Counted from the stretch's first letter, positions 1 through 12,297 are shown. The stretch is DNA of 64,000 nt from Negaprion brevirostris (GCA_030324005.1 JARDVH010000025.1:76325454-76389453), one strand, 5' to 3'. Translations and numbers: made by a program. The notes: a model not told the origin generated them from the sequence alone.

Positions 1-1110
1 CAAACACTCAAGTCCCGGGAGCATTCTAGTAGATCTTTTCTGCACTCTTTCTAGATTAATAATATCCTTTCTATAATAGGATGACCAGAACTGAACATAG
101 TATTCCAAGTGTGGCCTTACCAATGTCTTGCATAACTTCAATGAGATGTTCAACTCTTGTACTCAATGTTCAGACCAATGAAACCAAGCATGCCAAATTC
201 CTTCTTCACCACTCTGTCACCAGTGAGTCCACTTTCAAGGAACTATGAGCCTGTGCCCCTAAATCTTTGTTCTATAACAGTCCCCAACCTCCTAGCATTA
301 CCTGGGTATGTCCTGCGCTGGTTTGATCTACCAAAATGCATCATCTCACATTTACCTAAATTAAACTTCATCTGCCATTCATCAGCCCACTGGTCCAATT
401 GATTAAGATCCCATTGCAATCCTATATAACCTTCTTCACTGTCCAGCAAGCCACCAAACTTGGTGTCATCTGCAAAATTACTAACAATGCCTCAAAAATT
501 CTCATCCAAATCATTAATATAAATGATAAATAACAGAGGACACAACACCGATCCCTGAGGCCTTGCTAAAGTCTATATATACAGCCTAAATTGCACTGTC
601 CTCATCTACCTTCTTGTTACCCTTTCAAAAAACTCAATTAAATTTGTGAGACATGATTTTTCAGTCAGAAAGCCATGCTGATTGTCCTGAATCAGCCCTT
701 GCCTCTATAAATGCCAGTAGATCGTGCCTCTCAAAATACCTTCTAATAACTTACCCACTACAGATGTTAGGCTCGTCAGCCTGTAGTTCCCAGTCTTTTC
801 CCTACAGCCCTTCTTAAACAAAGGCACAACATTTGCCACCCTCCAAACTTCAGGCATATTACCTGTGGTTGTCGATGATTCAAATATCTCTGCTAAGGTA
901 CCCTCAATTTCCTCCCTAATTCCCACAACATCCNNNNNNNNNNNNNNNNNNNNNNNNNNNNNNNNNNNNNNNNNNNNNNNNNNNNNNNNNNNNNNNNNNN
1001 NNNNNNNNNNNNNNNNNNNNNNNNNNNNNNNNNAAGTCCCACAACATCCTGGGATATACTTCATCAGCTCCTAGGGATTTATCTACCTTGATGCACTTTA
1101 TGACTTCCAG
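1..1110 (-). mobile_element. CR1-clade (HER1-like) LINE, decayed ORF2 reverse transcriptase fragment
   Basis: Minus-strand translations WRVANVVPLFKKG..GNYRLTSLTSVVGKLLEGILR (705-1064) and LQWDLNQLDQWADEWQMKFNLGKCEMMHFG (243-449) are typical CR1 RT motifs; stops and frameshifts are present. Confidence 0.92.
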
Positions 1111-1329
1111 CTCTTCCAGATGATCTGATTAAAGAAAATTAGTTCAAGACATGAGGCACCCCTCAGACAGAGCAACTCTACTAAAATATGTGAAATTGAT
1201 GCTAAAGAAAGTAATAGACGTGTGTTCAAATGTGGAATTTGTGACACATCAGCATGTATGGCAGAGCAGACCAGCAGGCATATTACACTTTTGGAGCTTA
1301 CTGTTAAAAAGGGAAATCATCAACAATGA

Positions 1330-1560
1330 GGTTTAGCATCGCTTTCTGTGTGCTAATGCAGCCTTTAGTCACCTGAGGAAGAGTGTGTTTCAAGACCAGG
1401 ATCTCAGAGTCAGCACTAAGCTTATGGTCTACAGAGCAGCGGTGATAGTAACCCACCTATATGGCTCAAGGATGTGGACCATGTACAGCAGGCACCTCAA
1501 TAATCTGGAGAAGTGCCAACAGTGCTGCCTCCACACATCCCTGGTCCAAGAATGCTGGAA
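1330..1560 (+). mobile_element. RTE-clade LINE fragment (ORF C-terminal region)
   Basis: Manual translation AAFSHLRKSVFQDQDLRVSTKLMVYRAAVIVTHLYGSRMWTMYSRHLNNLEKCQQCCL resembles the RTE/BovB pattern TKLxVYRAVVLxTLLYGSETWT..LExFHQRCLR. Confidence 0.8.
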
Positions 1561-1929
1561 ATAGAGGAAAAGCATTTGTGAAGGAGCTGAACACCTCAGG
1601 TTTCATCATCAAGAGCAAGGTGAAACTAAGCATGAAGAACTATGCACAATACAACAGTTTGATTTAGTCAAGCCTATAAGAGACAAATGGTTTATGACTG
1701 TTAATATGATGACCGCAGAATGAAAGTATTAAGCGAGCAAGTAGTGTCAGACAGACATAAGTGTGCGTACAATACCTTCACATGTCTGTGTGAAATGACT
1801 TGACTGGATGAAGCTCTCAAAAGTGAGATTAAGGCTATATGATAGCACAATACTCATACCAAGAGGAACAATTATTCTGATGGCCCAGTGCAATGACAAG
1901 AAGGAAGATCTCAAGTCCCAAGTCTCAGA

Positions 1930-1978
1930 TGGGATGCAATGGTCATTCATCTCATGGTGGGATGCAATGGTCATTCAT
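1930..1978 (+). repeat. Short tandem duplication (~28 bp period)
   Basis: tgggatgcaatggtcattcat occurs twice in tandem. Confidence 0.8.
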
Positions 1979-2596
1979 TAGCCTGGTGCCAGGCTAATCN
2001 NNNNNNNNNNNNNNNNNNNNNNNNNNNNNNNNNNNNNNNNNNNNNNNNNNNNNNNNNNNNNNNNNNNNNNNNNNNNNNNNNNNNNNNNNNNNNNNNNNNN
2101 NNNNNNNNNNNNNNNNNNNNNNNNNNNNNNNNNNNNNNNNNNNNNNNNNNNNNNNNNNNNNNNNNNNNNNNNNNNNNNNNNNNNNNNNNNNNNNNNNNNN
2201 NNNNNNNNNNNNNNNNNNNNNNNNNNNNNNNNNNNNNNNNNNNNNNNNNNNNNNNNNNNNNNNNNNNNNNNNNNNNNNNNNNNNNNNNNNNNNNNNNNNN
2301 NNNNNNNNNNNNNNNNNNNNNNNNNNNNNNNNNNNNNNNNNNNNNNNNNNNNNNNNNNNNNNNNNNNNNNNNNNNNNNNNNNNNNNNNNNNNNNNNNNNN
2401 NNNNNNNNNNNNNNNNNNNNNNNNNNNNNNNNNNNNNNNNNNNNNNNNNNNNNNNNNNNNNNNNNNNNNNNNNNNNNNNNNNNNNNNNNNNNNNNNNNNN
2501 NNNNNNNNNNNNNNNNNNNNNNNNNNNNNNNNNNNNNNNNNNNNNNNAATCTTGGGTTGGTAGCCCTGAACATGCCCATAGCAAAATAGGAAAAAA

Positions 2597-2693
2597 AAGA
2601 CCCCAGAGAAAGAGTAGTAAAAGACCCCAGAGAGAGAAGGGAAACAAAATGCATCAGAAAGAGGGAAACTGAAGACCCCAGCGAGAGGGAGAC
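2597..2693 (+). repeat. Degenerate ~25-bp purine-rich minisatellite, about 4 copies
   Basis: aagaccccagag(a/c)...gaga units are repeated next to an assembly gap. Confidence 0.6.
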
Positions 2694-2749
2694 AATATTG
2701 AAGTAAACCACAAGATTTTTGCCAACAATGTCATTGCAATGAAATGCAA

Positions 2750-3950
2750 AAGTGAAAAGTAAATGTTCTGCAGAACATGTTTACGTCAGAGCTGAATTGG
2801 AAGATTTGAAGGGCGAGATTTCAGCTGAGCTTATACCTTTGAAAATGCATGATAAACTCAAGTCTTCAGTGAACCAAGCAGTGCAGGATCTGACCAAATA
2901 AATTTCAGTGACAACCTAAAAGTACCAGGAGGAAAGAATGATACTCAGTTCCACAGTTGGCAACTCAAAGTGAGAGTTGAAATATTCTCAACCAGTTAAA
3001 AAAGAACAAATGCAGACATATATGCCCCGCTAGTGAAGATGCTCCTTCACAGCAATTGGGCAGTCAGGGAAATGGGATCTCATCATCTGTGCTGAGTACA
3101 GAACTACCATCAATCCTTGAGATTCACAAGTCCCCAGCAATCACAATGGAGCAACAACAGCCATCAAGTGTCACAGGAACAACACGATTTGGACAAAGAA
3201 CATCACTCAGATGTACAGTCAATATCAAACTATTATGAGACCTCCATGTTTCAAAGATTATGCGTACAAATAGTGTTAATGCACGAGAACAGTGGGTATA
3301 TCCTGGAAAACTTGGATAACTCACAGGATCATGCACACAAATGTTTCTTGTTCACTAGGAAAACAGGATGTTTGTATTGTCAGTTCAATACGAAAAGGGA
3401 CTCTTTGGATTTTGAAATGTAATTAGTCTGATTGATATCTTAGGCTTCCCATAGTCATATGACTATGCCATGAAGTTGCATCTGGAGGCAGACACCTTAA
3501 GATGATTTCAATAATTCTCTCAAGGAATCATGCTGAAAAGGTATAGCTGTCCTTATTCTCATTTTGGAATTATATTGGCACTAGAGATTTTTTAGAGGAT
3601 GGTATTTTAGAAGGATTAGAAGAGGTCAGCTGCCACATGGATGACATTCTGATCCATGGGTCCATGATGTTGGAGCAAGAATGAGAGTAGTGTTGAAATG
3701 CTTGCAAGAGGCAAGACCAACATTCAATAATAAATGAGTTTTTACAACCAAAATATTAAATTTCTGGCACAGATCATTCACACATTAGGCATCAGAGCTG
3801 CTTCCCAAAATGCCAAGGCATTCAAAAATATTTTCCACTATTTTGCAATGTAGCAGAACTATAGCCCTTCATGAGAATAATTGATCAAGTAGGCAAGTTT
3901 CTACATAACTGAATCCATGTGCTGTAATGCCTCAGCAGCTGCAATGACTC
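2750..3950 (+). mobile_element. Decayed Ty3/Gypsy LTR retrotransposon gag-pol remnant (copy A)
   Basis: 3601-3660 translates GILEGLEEVSCHMDDILIHG (RT YxDD-type motif), followed by VVLKCLQEA...IKFL; the 5' boundary is uncertain. Confidence 0.75.
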
Positions 3951-4352
3951 CAAAGTTGAATCTCTTGTTTCAAAAAATCCCACATTAGTGCAATTTGCAG
4001 CAAGTTACCTTGATTCTTCTGCTAGTTTGTTTTGATATTTTGATTGACCTGCATTGAGGTCAAATTTCCAGCAGATATAGACTGCAAAAATTGCTTCAGG
4101 AAGACGAAGAACACCAATTAATTTATTTCCAAAAGATAAAGGCATTGCTGAGTAACTTGCTAAACCTTTTGAAACAAGTGACTCAGCTTTAGAGTCAGTT
4201 CAGCAGCTAAGGTATTACAGCACATGAATTCAGTCCGCACTTCAAGCCCTTGAAGCTGAACAACAGTGATGACATTCTCGTCTATGGTCATATTGTAAGT
4301 AAACTTAAGATACAAATGCCCACATGTCTATAACCTCTTTAAGAATGTAGCA

Positions 4353-4477
4353 TGGTGTTTTACAGCCTTGCTCCTCCTGAATCTGTAAAATCTTGCCCAA
4401 GGTCAATGGATCTTTTCATGGTCTGTCCCTTGCCTGCTCCGATTCCCGTGGTGGCCGGGGCAGTAAAATTACAGCCA
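4353..4477. mobile_element. Short (~125 bp) hairpin/MITE-like repeat
   Basis: Ends gtgttttac...gtaaaattacagcc are inverted; internal aaaatc.tgccc.aggtcaa motif is shared with copies at 21576, 41922 and 54047. Confidence 0.6.
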
Positions 4478-5744
4478 TAAACTCACTTTGAAGAAGACAA
4501 ATTCTTGTTCAACAAAAACAGTATCACATTTTTTGGTCATGTATTCAGTGGAGAAGGATTATTACCTGATCCATGGAAAGTTGAAGCCAATGCAAATGCT
4601 GCAGATTTTTCAAGTGCGCAGGAAGTTCAGAGTCCAACTGGACTCATTACATACTGTAGTTGTTTAATTCCTGATCTTGCTTCATTATCTGCCTCCCTAT
4701 GCAACCTGAAAAAAATGAACCACGATCTAAATCACACAACCAGGCTGAACATCACATGATTGGATTGTTGTCAGAGAGTTACACAAAGGCTTATTTTGAC
4801 CCAGAAAAAACTACTCAGCTAGGAGTGGTTGCAAACTTGTTCAGTTTCTGTGCAGAAAGATAAGACAAACAAGCAATCAGCTTTTGCGATGACAAGCAGA
4901 TCACTAACACTTATAGAGAAAGAAGTGCTCTCATTCATGAGGTATTGCATACTGACATCTCTGATTGCATGGAAGCAAGTTTGAAGAGATAATCAACCAA
5001 AGACCTCTAGTAGGCTTGGTCACTAATCCATATTATAAACCACCCACTCAAATAGAGTGTTGGATGCCAAATTATAAGAGTACAAGTTTCTCGTTGAATA
5101 TCAGCCAATTAAGTTCACCCAGCATATTACATTTCGCAATAGTCAGACTTATTGTGAAGAAAAGATTGCTGAATAACATCTTAACTATTTACGTCTAAAT
5201 GCTATGCCAAAGTTATGAAAACTAGCTGACATCAAAGTGACCACAAAACTAAATGAAGCATTACAATTGTGTATAACAGTTATGGAATCATAAAACTGGA
5301 AATACATGATTGAAAGAGGCTGTATAAATGAAGTCACTCATACAGCACTCAATCCATACAACTTTTGAAATGAACTCACCTTTACAACCATATCTGACCT
5401 CATATTACATGGCAACTGTTTTGTCATTCCACAAATGAGGGAATTGTTTGAGGGAATGTGTTTCATTAAGAAGGGATTGTAAAAGCCAAGTGATTCCTTC
5501 AGGAAAAGGTATTATTCCCAAGAATTGACCACATGCTAGAGCATAAAATATATCAGTGTTTGTCATGTCAAGCGAACACAATATTAAATCTTCGTGATCC
5601 TCTCAAAATGTCTGAACTATGTCAAGGAGCACAGATAGAAGTTAGCATTAATTTCACAGGCTTGCACACTGGTGAATAGTTGCCTCTTGTCACTGATGTC
5701 TGCAGCAGATTCCCATTCATAGAAACATGTATGTTTATTCAACA

Positions 5745-6405
5745 AAGTAAGAAGTCTCACAACACCAGGTTAAAGTCAAACAGGTTTATTTGGAAGCACA
5801 AGCCACTATCTTTTGGAGTGCAGCTCCTTCATCAGGTGAGTTGGATTTCAGTTCACAAACAGGACATATTAAGACACAAACTCAATTTACAAAATAATGG
5901 TTGAAATGCGAGTCTTTACAGATAATCAAGTTTTAAAGTTACAGACAATGAGAGTGGAGAGAGGTTTAAGAAATGTATATTGTCTCCGGCCAGGATAGTT
6001 AGGGAGATTTTGCAAGCCCAGGCAAGTCGTGGGGGTTGCAGATAGTGTGACATGAACCAAGATCCCAGTGGGGGTTGCAGATAGTGTGACATGAACCCAA
6101 GATCCCAGTTAAGGCCATCCTCAAGTGTGTGGGACTTGGCTATTAGTCTCTGCTCAGCGATTCTGTGTTGTACGGGCATTTGGCCTCTGATCTTCGGGTA
6201 AGGCAGGCTTTATGACACACGACAGCGCAGAGTCACTGAGCAGAGACTGATAGCCAAGTTCCACACACATGAGGATGGCCTCAACCAGGATCTTGGGTTC
6301 ATGTCACAGTATTTGTAACCCCCATGATTTGCCTGGACTTGCAAAATCTCACTAACTGTCCTGTCTGGAGACAATACACATCTCTTTAACCTGTGCTTAA
6401 TGCTC
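5745..6405. mobile_element. Penelope-like element fragments in inverted orientation (GIY-YIG endonuclease C-terminus plus pLTR)
   Basis: Minus strand RIAEQRLIAKSHTLEDGLNWDLGFMSHYL and plus strand RRVTEQRLIAKFHTHEDGLNQDLGFMSQYL; 38-bp internal tandem duplication at ~6029-6107; hammerhead-like core at 5811-5835. Confidence 0.82.
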
Positions 6406-7225
6406 NNNNNNNNNNNNNNNNNNNNNNNNNNNNNNNNNNNNNNNNNNNNNNNNNNNNNNNNNNNNNNNNNNNNNNNNNNNNNNNNNNNNNNNNNNNNNNN
6501 NNNNNGCATCTCCAGATCGTCTCTTAACAAAAGCAGTCATCCCAGAACTTGACCAGATTTTTGCTTTTTTCAAATCCCTCAAATGGTGAGAAGTGACAAT
6601 GGATTCCTTTCAACAGCGATGAGTTTGGTAAATCTTTAATCTACTTGGGCTTCACTCATCAAAATGTCACACCGCTTGGCCAAGTGCCAATAAAGAAATT
6701 AAGAGATTTATATGTACTTTGAAAAATGTGATACTGAGGGCAAGTTGTAGAGGCAAGAGTTGTGTTGTTTTCTGTACAACTACAGAGCAACTCCTCACTT
6801 GACTACTGGAAAACCTCTAGCCACACTCAACTTGGTATATCCTATGTGCACATGTCTTCCTGTGCTACCCAGTGGAGCTAATAATCAACATGCATGTGAA
6901 AATGATCAAGAACAGAAGAATCAACTGAAAGTAAATACAAAGTGAAACGTGCCATTGAGAGCAACACCACTAAATGCAGAAGATTTAGAAACAGATCTTG
7001 TGACATTCAATCATTTGTTTTGACTAACAGGATCACTGTGAAGCACCATTTGTAAATAATCACACAAAACACATAATTCTTCAAAACACCAAAGAAACAC
7101 AAATCAGAAAAATTGAATCTGATTTAGATATCAACACCTCAGACGAAGAACATGGGTCAAATAAAATGACACCAGGTGTTAGACAATATCCTACTCATGA
7201 GAGAAAATGTTCACCACTAATGTGA

Positions 7226-7612
7226 CTATCGGGGAAATCAAATTGAGGTATTCAAGATGATAAAAGATGTGGATAGAGTAGATGTGGAGCAGATGCTTCC
7301 ACTGGTGGGGCATTCTAGGATGAGAGTCACAGTCTTAGGATAAGAGGAAGCAAATTTAAAACAGAGTTGAGGAGGAACTACTTCTCCCAAAGGGTTGTGA
7401 ATCTGTGGAATTCACTAGCCCAAAGTGTGGTGAATTCTGGAATGGTGAGTAAATTTAAGAAAGAGTTAGACAGATTTTTAATTGGTAATGGGTTGAAAGG
7501 TCATGGAGAGAAGGCAGTTATGGGGATGAGGAGCATATCATCCATGATCGAATGGCAGAGGGTGCTCGATGGGCCAAATGGCCAAATTCTGCTCCTATAT
7601 TTTATGAACTTA
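7226..7612 (+). mobile_element. CR1/HER1 LINE 3' end
   Basis: RRNYFSQRVVNLWNSL...FKKELDRFL and tail gggccaaatggcc..tctgctcctat. Confidence 0.9.
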
Positions 7613-7864
7613 TTATGTTACAAAATGAATTATTTGATTTGCTGAACGTTGTGCATGACTGTGTGCTTCTCTTTAATTAATAGAAAAGTCAGAATACATA
7701 ATATTGTTACTGATAATATTGTATGTTCAAGTTACATTTACATTTCCATGAACCCCGCTGATGTTACCTGTGAAAGTGTGTCAATGTGAGACATTGCTTC
7801 ATGGTGGTATATGTTTTTTTTTGAAGTAGTGTGAGGGGCCACATAAAACCATTCTTGAGAATAT

Positions 7865-8020
7865 GCAGGATGATCCTTCATCAGAGCTCTGATGATGAGT
7901 CAATCTAATTCAAAATGTCTGCTCTATTCTCTCTCCACAGATGCTGTCAGACTTGCTGAGATTTCCAGTATTTTCTGTTTTTGTTTTGGATTCTAGCATC
8001 TGCAATATTCTGCCTTTATC
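7865..8020 (+). mobile_element. Short Penelope-associated repeat with hammerhead-ribozyme-like core
   Basis: ctgatga-tgagtc..attc-aaaa core followed by ctctctccacagatgctg..gacttgctgag..ttccag, which I recognise as a common chondrichthyan repeat pattern. Confidence 0.6.
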
Positions 8021-8283
8021 TCAGTGAGAATATGCAACCTAGTTGTAATGCACCAATTACTAAAGACTATTTATTAAATGAAAAAAATAGACAAATACAT
8101 ATGAACAGGGCTATAATTCTATAAAACACAAACACCTGAATAATACACATGCATACAGTTTCATCTAGAAATTACCCTTGTTCAAATCTATATCCCCAAT
8201 ACCTGAACTCAATAAGACTTCCCCGTTCCCCAAACAACATCTACCTTAAACAAATCTAAAAGTTAAATCCAGCTTATACTTAC

Positions 8284-8377
8284 CACACAATATCAGGAGG
8301 ATGATCCAGTCTGAGGAGCAGCTTTGCATGGGCCAGTGAAAATAGGTAAACTCTATGAAGGTTCCTGCACAACTTAG
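8284..8377 (-). other. Orphan exon candidate (94 nt)
   Basis: Minus-strand acceptor ccttttaaattcctacAG and donor gtg|GTAAGT; two open frames; no recognised homology. Confidence 0.25.
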
Positions 8378-9344
8378 CTGTAGGAATTTAAAAGGACCTC
8401 TGCTGTTAGCTGCCTTGCTATAAATGTTACCCTGGCTTTCCAGTGAGTTGTTAAACTGGCCTGTCTGCTTGATATAGAGTTGACAATTATACCCCTGGCT
8501 CTCTTTATTTCTGCTCCTCATATAGTAGCATCTGTATGCCTCCCTTAATCTCTCAGTCATCTAAATAAAATGCTTCTTGATAATAGGGCCAAGATCTGAT
8601 TTTATCGTGATGTCTGCTAAACTCATTACTGGAAAAAAGGACACATCTCATCAGCCCCTTTGCATGTGAGATGCTGGAAGATTCTCCCTTGTTGCTTAGT
8701 ACATTATATGCCATCATTCCCTTGATTAATTCTGGGTTTCATTGTTACCTGGCAAATCCATGATAAGATTTATTGCTTATGTTTTTAGAAACAACACATT
8801 CAAACATGCAATGTCTCTCATTTACAAAGAAGAGGAGGGTGTAGTGTACTGAAAATTGCATTATGCATCTTGTCCACTTAACGCTACCATACAGATATGG
8901 ACCAGGAGAAGGAGGCTACATTTTAACAGCACATGCGTTTCTGATTCTGAATAAATGCTACCGAATCTTGTTGCTTCTTCCCAAGAACTTCTTTGGAATT
9001 TCCTGCAGTTGTGAAAGGCACTTTACAAATGCAAGTTTTATGTTCTCTCTGTCCTATTCCCAGATTCCAGTGAGATGAAAAATAAATGCTGGCCTTGAAA
9101 CTACTATCCATACCCTCCAGACTAATTTTAAAAAATCAAACCTAGAAAATGTTTGCTTTTACTTCAAGAAGCAATAATATTTCAGTGAACAATGACCTTG
9201 CTACTCTTGCAAAGCATCACTATTATGGTTCCGGCTATAATGGTTGCTTTCTTAAAAATATGAAAAAAACAATATTTCAATAAGTAATGACGTTTAGGTT
9301 ATCTATAAGAAAATGTTTAAGTTGTCGATCGTTTGATTTCTCAG

Positions 9345-9450
9345 GTCACAGTGTGAGGGAACAGTATCAAATTCAGTGATCAGTCCATGTGATGGAAATA
9401 CAATTTGTAGCATACCGGAGATCAGGAGTATAAAGTTAGGCAAACCTCAG
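9345..9450 (+). other. Orphan exon candidate (106 nt)
   Basis: Acceptor gtttgatttctcAG and consensus donor CAG|GTGAGT; open frame SQCEGTVSNSVISPCDGNTICSIPEIRSIKLGKPQ. Confidence 0.35.
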
Positions 9451-9947
9451 GTGAGTTCAGTAGGAGTTAAGAGTTGATGAAATCAATGAAGGCCATCATA
9501 ATCAACAGAAACTTAAATTCCTTGTATTCTAATTACTATCTACAAACAAAATATAAGGTAGTAATGTGCACGTTAACAGACAGTAAAGTGGATTTATAAC
9601 ATGAAAAGCACTGCAACAACAAAGTCTGCTAGCCAGAGGTATTATGATAATGGTTATTAAATTTATTGTCAGTTGTCTCTTCTGTAACTGAGAATCAGAT
9701 CAGCTTGCTGCATCTTTATCACTGATGTATGTGAGTCCTTTATCCAAGAATGTTTCGAAGATAATCAGAAGAAAAGGTTACAGCAAAAATTTGAAATCAA
9801 AGCAGAACATGTTTGAAATGGCTTGTTAATGTTTAAAAAGAAAATACACAGAGAGAAACTTTGAAAGATATACAAAGAAAGCCTCAAAAATGAGAGGTTT
9901 TTTTTGTTAAAACAATGCCTGCTCACTGAAAGCATATTATATTTGGT

Positions 9948-10060
9948 GTCAGCCTTGGCTTAGTGGTAGCACTATCACCTCTGAGTCAGAAGATTGTGGG
10001 TTCATTCCATTCCAGAGGCTTGAGCACACTGTTTAGGCAAGTAATTCAGTACAGTATCTC
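9948..10060 (+). mobile_element. Old tRNA-derived SINE head (DeuSINE/SacSINE-like)
   Basis: A-box-like tggcttagtggtagcac, then ctctgagtcagaag.ttgtgggttca (B-box-like), then cttgagcaca. Confidence 0.55.
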
Positions 10061-10267
10061 ACATTTTCCTTTAATCCACCATAATATCAATCACCTCATT
10101 TTCAACCACTTCAGGCTTCACTCCTCTTGGATAACTTTCTCTTGTGTAAAGTCTGAATTTAGGAAACATCAGGTGCAACTCGGCATTCCTCCCCATTCAC
10201 TCAGAGATCATGCACCATTTTTAAACTGTTACATTTCTACTGATACATAATTGTCAGATGTGTTGAA

Positions 10268-10545
10268 GCACAGAAAGTTCATGGAACAACTGGAGGCTAT
10301 TCAGCCCATTTTGCCTGTGCCAACCAAAAGAAGAGCCATCCAGCCTATTCTGACTTCCCAGCTCTCAGTTGGAAGCCCCAGAGATCACCCACTTGAAGTG
10401 CATTTCCAAGTCATGATGAAATGTGATCATTTGTTTGCCTGCCTCAATGATTCTTTCAGACAGTAGTTCCAAACCCCCCCACCTCGTGGGTGAAAAAATG
10501 TTCTCTTCAATAGCTTTCTACCAATTATTTTAAATTATGCCCGGG
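10268..10545 (-). mobile_element. Old CR1-type LINE 3' end
   Basis: ggaggctattcagccc tail and antisense of a degenerate FFTxxVxxxWN-coding segment. Confidence 0.6.
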
Positions 10546-11279
10546 GCATATGAGTAATTTTATGAGTACTCATAAAACACTTCACTGCTGCTATTTCATT
10601 TCTTTCTTCATATCTCCTCTTAGTTTTCCTTATTCCACTCCTAACTTCCATTATTTTTCTTCCTTTTTTTTCCTTTGCCCTCTAGGAAGTTCTCATGTAA
10701 GGGATTACTCAACATTTGTCCAGAGGTGCTAACTTCCCCTGGATAATTCGCTGGGCTGGAAACTATCTGACAAAATGATTTAAAATTGCTAACTTTGAAT
10801 GGCTCTGCCAGTTTTATCCTCATAGTTACTTTGATAGAGTTAGGAGGGAAAAATATCACTTCTAACTCCAGAGTTACTATTTATTCACCCAGACTAAGCC
10901 TCATCTGGGACATCTTGTACACATATGACCTTCTCCAGCAGATTCCCAGTGGTAAATATAATGGATTCAACACTTTTTCATTAATTTCCAAAGAAGTCTT
11001 AATTGCATTGACCAGTCTGAGGGACATCTGTCAAAAGAGTTTAGCCTTCCTGGTGTCAAACACTTGATGACTTCCAAATTAAGAGTTAGTGTCCAAAAAT
11101 GCCTTGTACTCATTTATCTCCCTGCTCTTTGCGTTTTCACTGAGAGGACGGTGTTTTCGATTCCTGGTAAGAAATTGTCTTGGCTGTCGTGGGTAAGTAA
11201 CATGAACTCATTCCTTTCTAAGCATTGCAATTCGTAATCTGACTCCATTTTGATTTAAGTTTAAAGCAAAACTTTCTTT

Positions 11280-12297
11280 TAATGATCATTCATGAGATAT
11301 GGCATTGTTGGCCAGATCAACATTTATTGCCCAACTCTAATTGCCCTTGGGAAGGCGATGGAGCTGCCTTCTTGAACTGCTGCAGGACAGATGTTGGTAC
11401 ACCCACAATGTTGTTAGGAAGGGCATTCCTGGACTTTGACTCAGTGACAGTGAAGGAAAGGTGACACAGTTCCAAATCAGGGTGGAATGTGACTTGGAGG
11501 GGAACTTGCAGGAGGTAACCAAGATATCTGCTGCTTTTGTCCTATCAGATGAAAGAAGTTGCAGGTTTGGAAGATACTGTTGAAGGAGCCTTGCTGTAGT
11601 GCCTCTTGTAAATAGAACACACTGCTGCCACTGTGCATCAGGGATGAACGGAGTGAATATTGAAGACGGTGTATGGGATGTGCAAATCAGGTGGGCTGCT
11701 TTGGCCTGAATAGTGTCACATTTCTTGAGTTTTGTTGGAGTTGCACTCATCCAGGCCAGTGGAGAGCATTCCATCACATTCCTTACTTGTGCCTTGTAGA
11801 TGGTGGGAAAGCTTTGTGGATTCAGGAGGTGAGTTACTTGCTGCAGGATTTCTAAACTCTGACCTGCTCTTTAGCCACAGTATTTATGTAGCTGATCTAG
11901 TTCAATTTCTGGTCAAATGGCAACCCTCTGGATATTGATAGTGGGGGGTTTTAGTCATTGAGTCATGGAGGTTTACTGGATGGCAACAGGCCCTTCAGTC
12001 CAATTTGTCCATGCCAGCCTTAATTTTTTTTTTAAAACTCCTAAGCTAATTCCAGTTGCCCGCTTTTGGCCCATATCTCTCTATACCTATTGTACCCATG
12101 TAACTATCGAAAGGCTTTTTAGAAGATAAAATTGTACCCACCTCTACTAACACCTCTAGTGGCTGTTCCAGACACTCACCACCCTCTGTGTGAAAAAATT
12201 GCCCCTCTGGGGCAATGTAGTGATGATAATACCATTGAATGTCAAGGGCAGATGGTTGGATTCTCTCTGATTGGGGATGGTTATTGTCTGGTAACGA
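11280..12297 (-). mobile_element. CR1/L2-group LINE 3' portion, interrupted at ~11957-12210 by a HER1/CR1 3' fragment
   Basis: MECSPLAWMSATPTKLKKCDTIQAKAAHLI (ORF 11337-11777); tail gggcaataaatg; nested FFHTEG...(FFTQRVV-like) CR1 end; same family at 55091-56340. Confidence 0.85.

Larger units (their letters stand above)
4000..7220 (+). mobile_element. Decayed Ty3/Gypsy pol (RT-RNaseH-integrase order), copy B, interrupted by a MITE and a Penelope fragment
   Basis: NSDDILVYG (4262-4288); KFLFNKNSITFFGHVFSGEGLLPDPWKVEA (~4500); HGSKFEEIINQRPLV (RNase H end); CLSCQ (~5557); VTDVCSRFPF; VRSDNG (~6585-6600); FLYNYRATPHLTTGKP (~6770). Confidence 0.88.

Noticed and set aside
11100-11200. Two nearby donor motifs (GTAAGA, GTAAGT) after a pyrimidine tract
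   Set aside because: Acceptor is ambiguous (GAG/GAG) and the candidate exon is too short to evaluate
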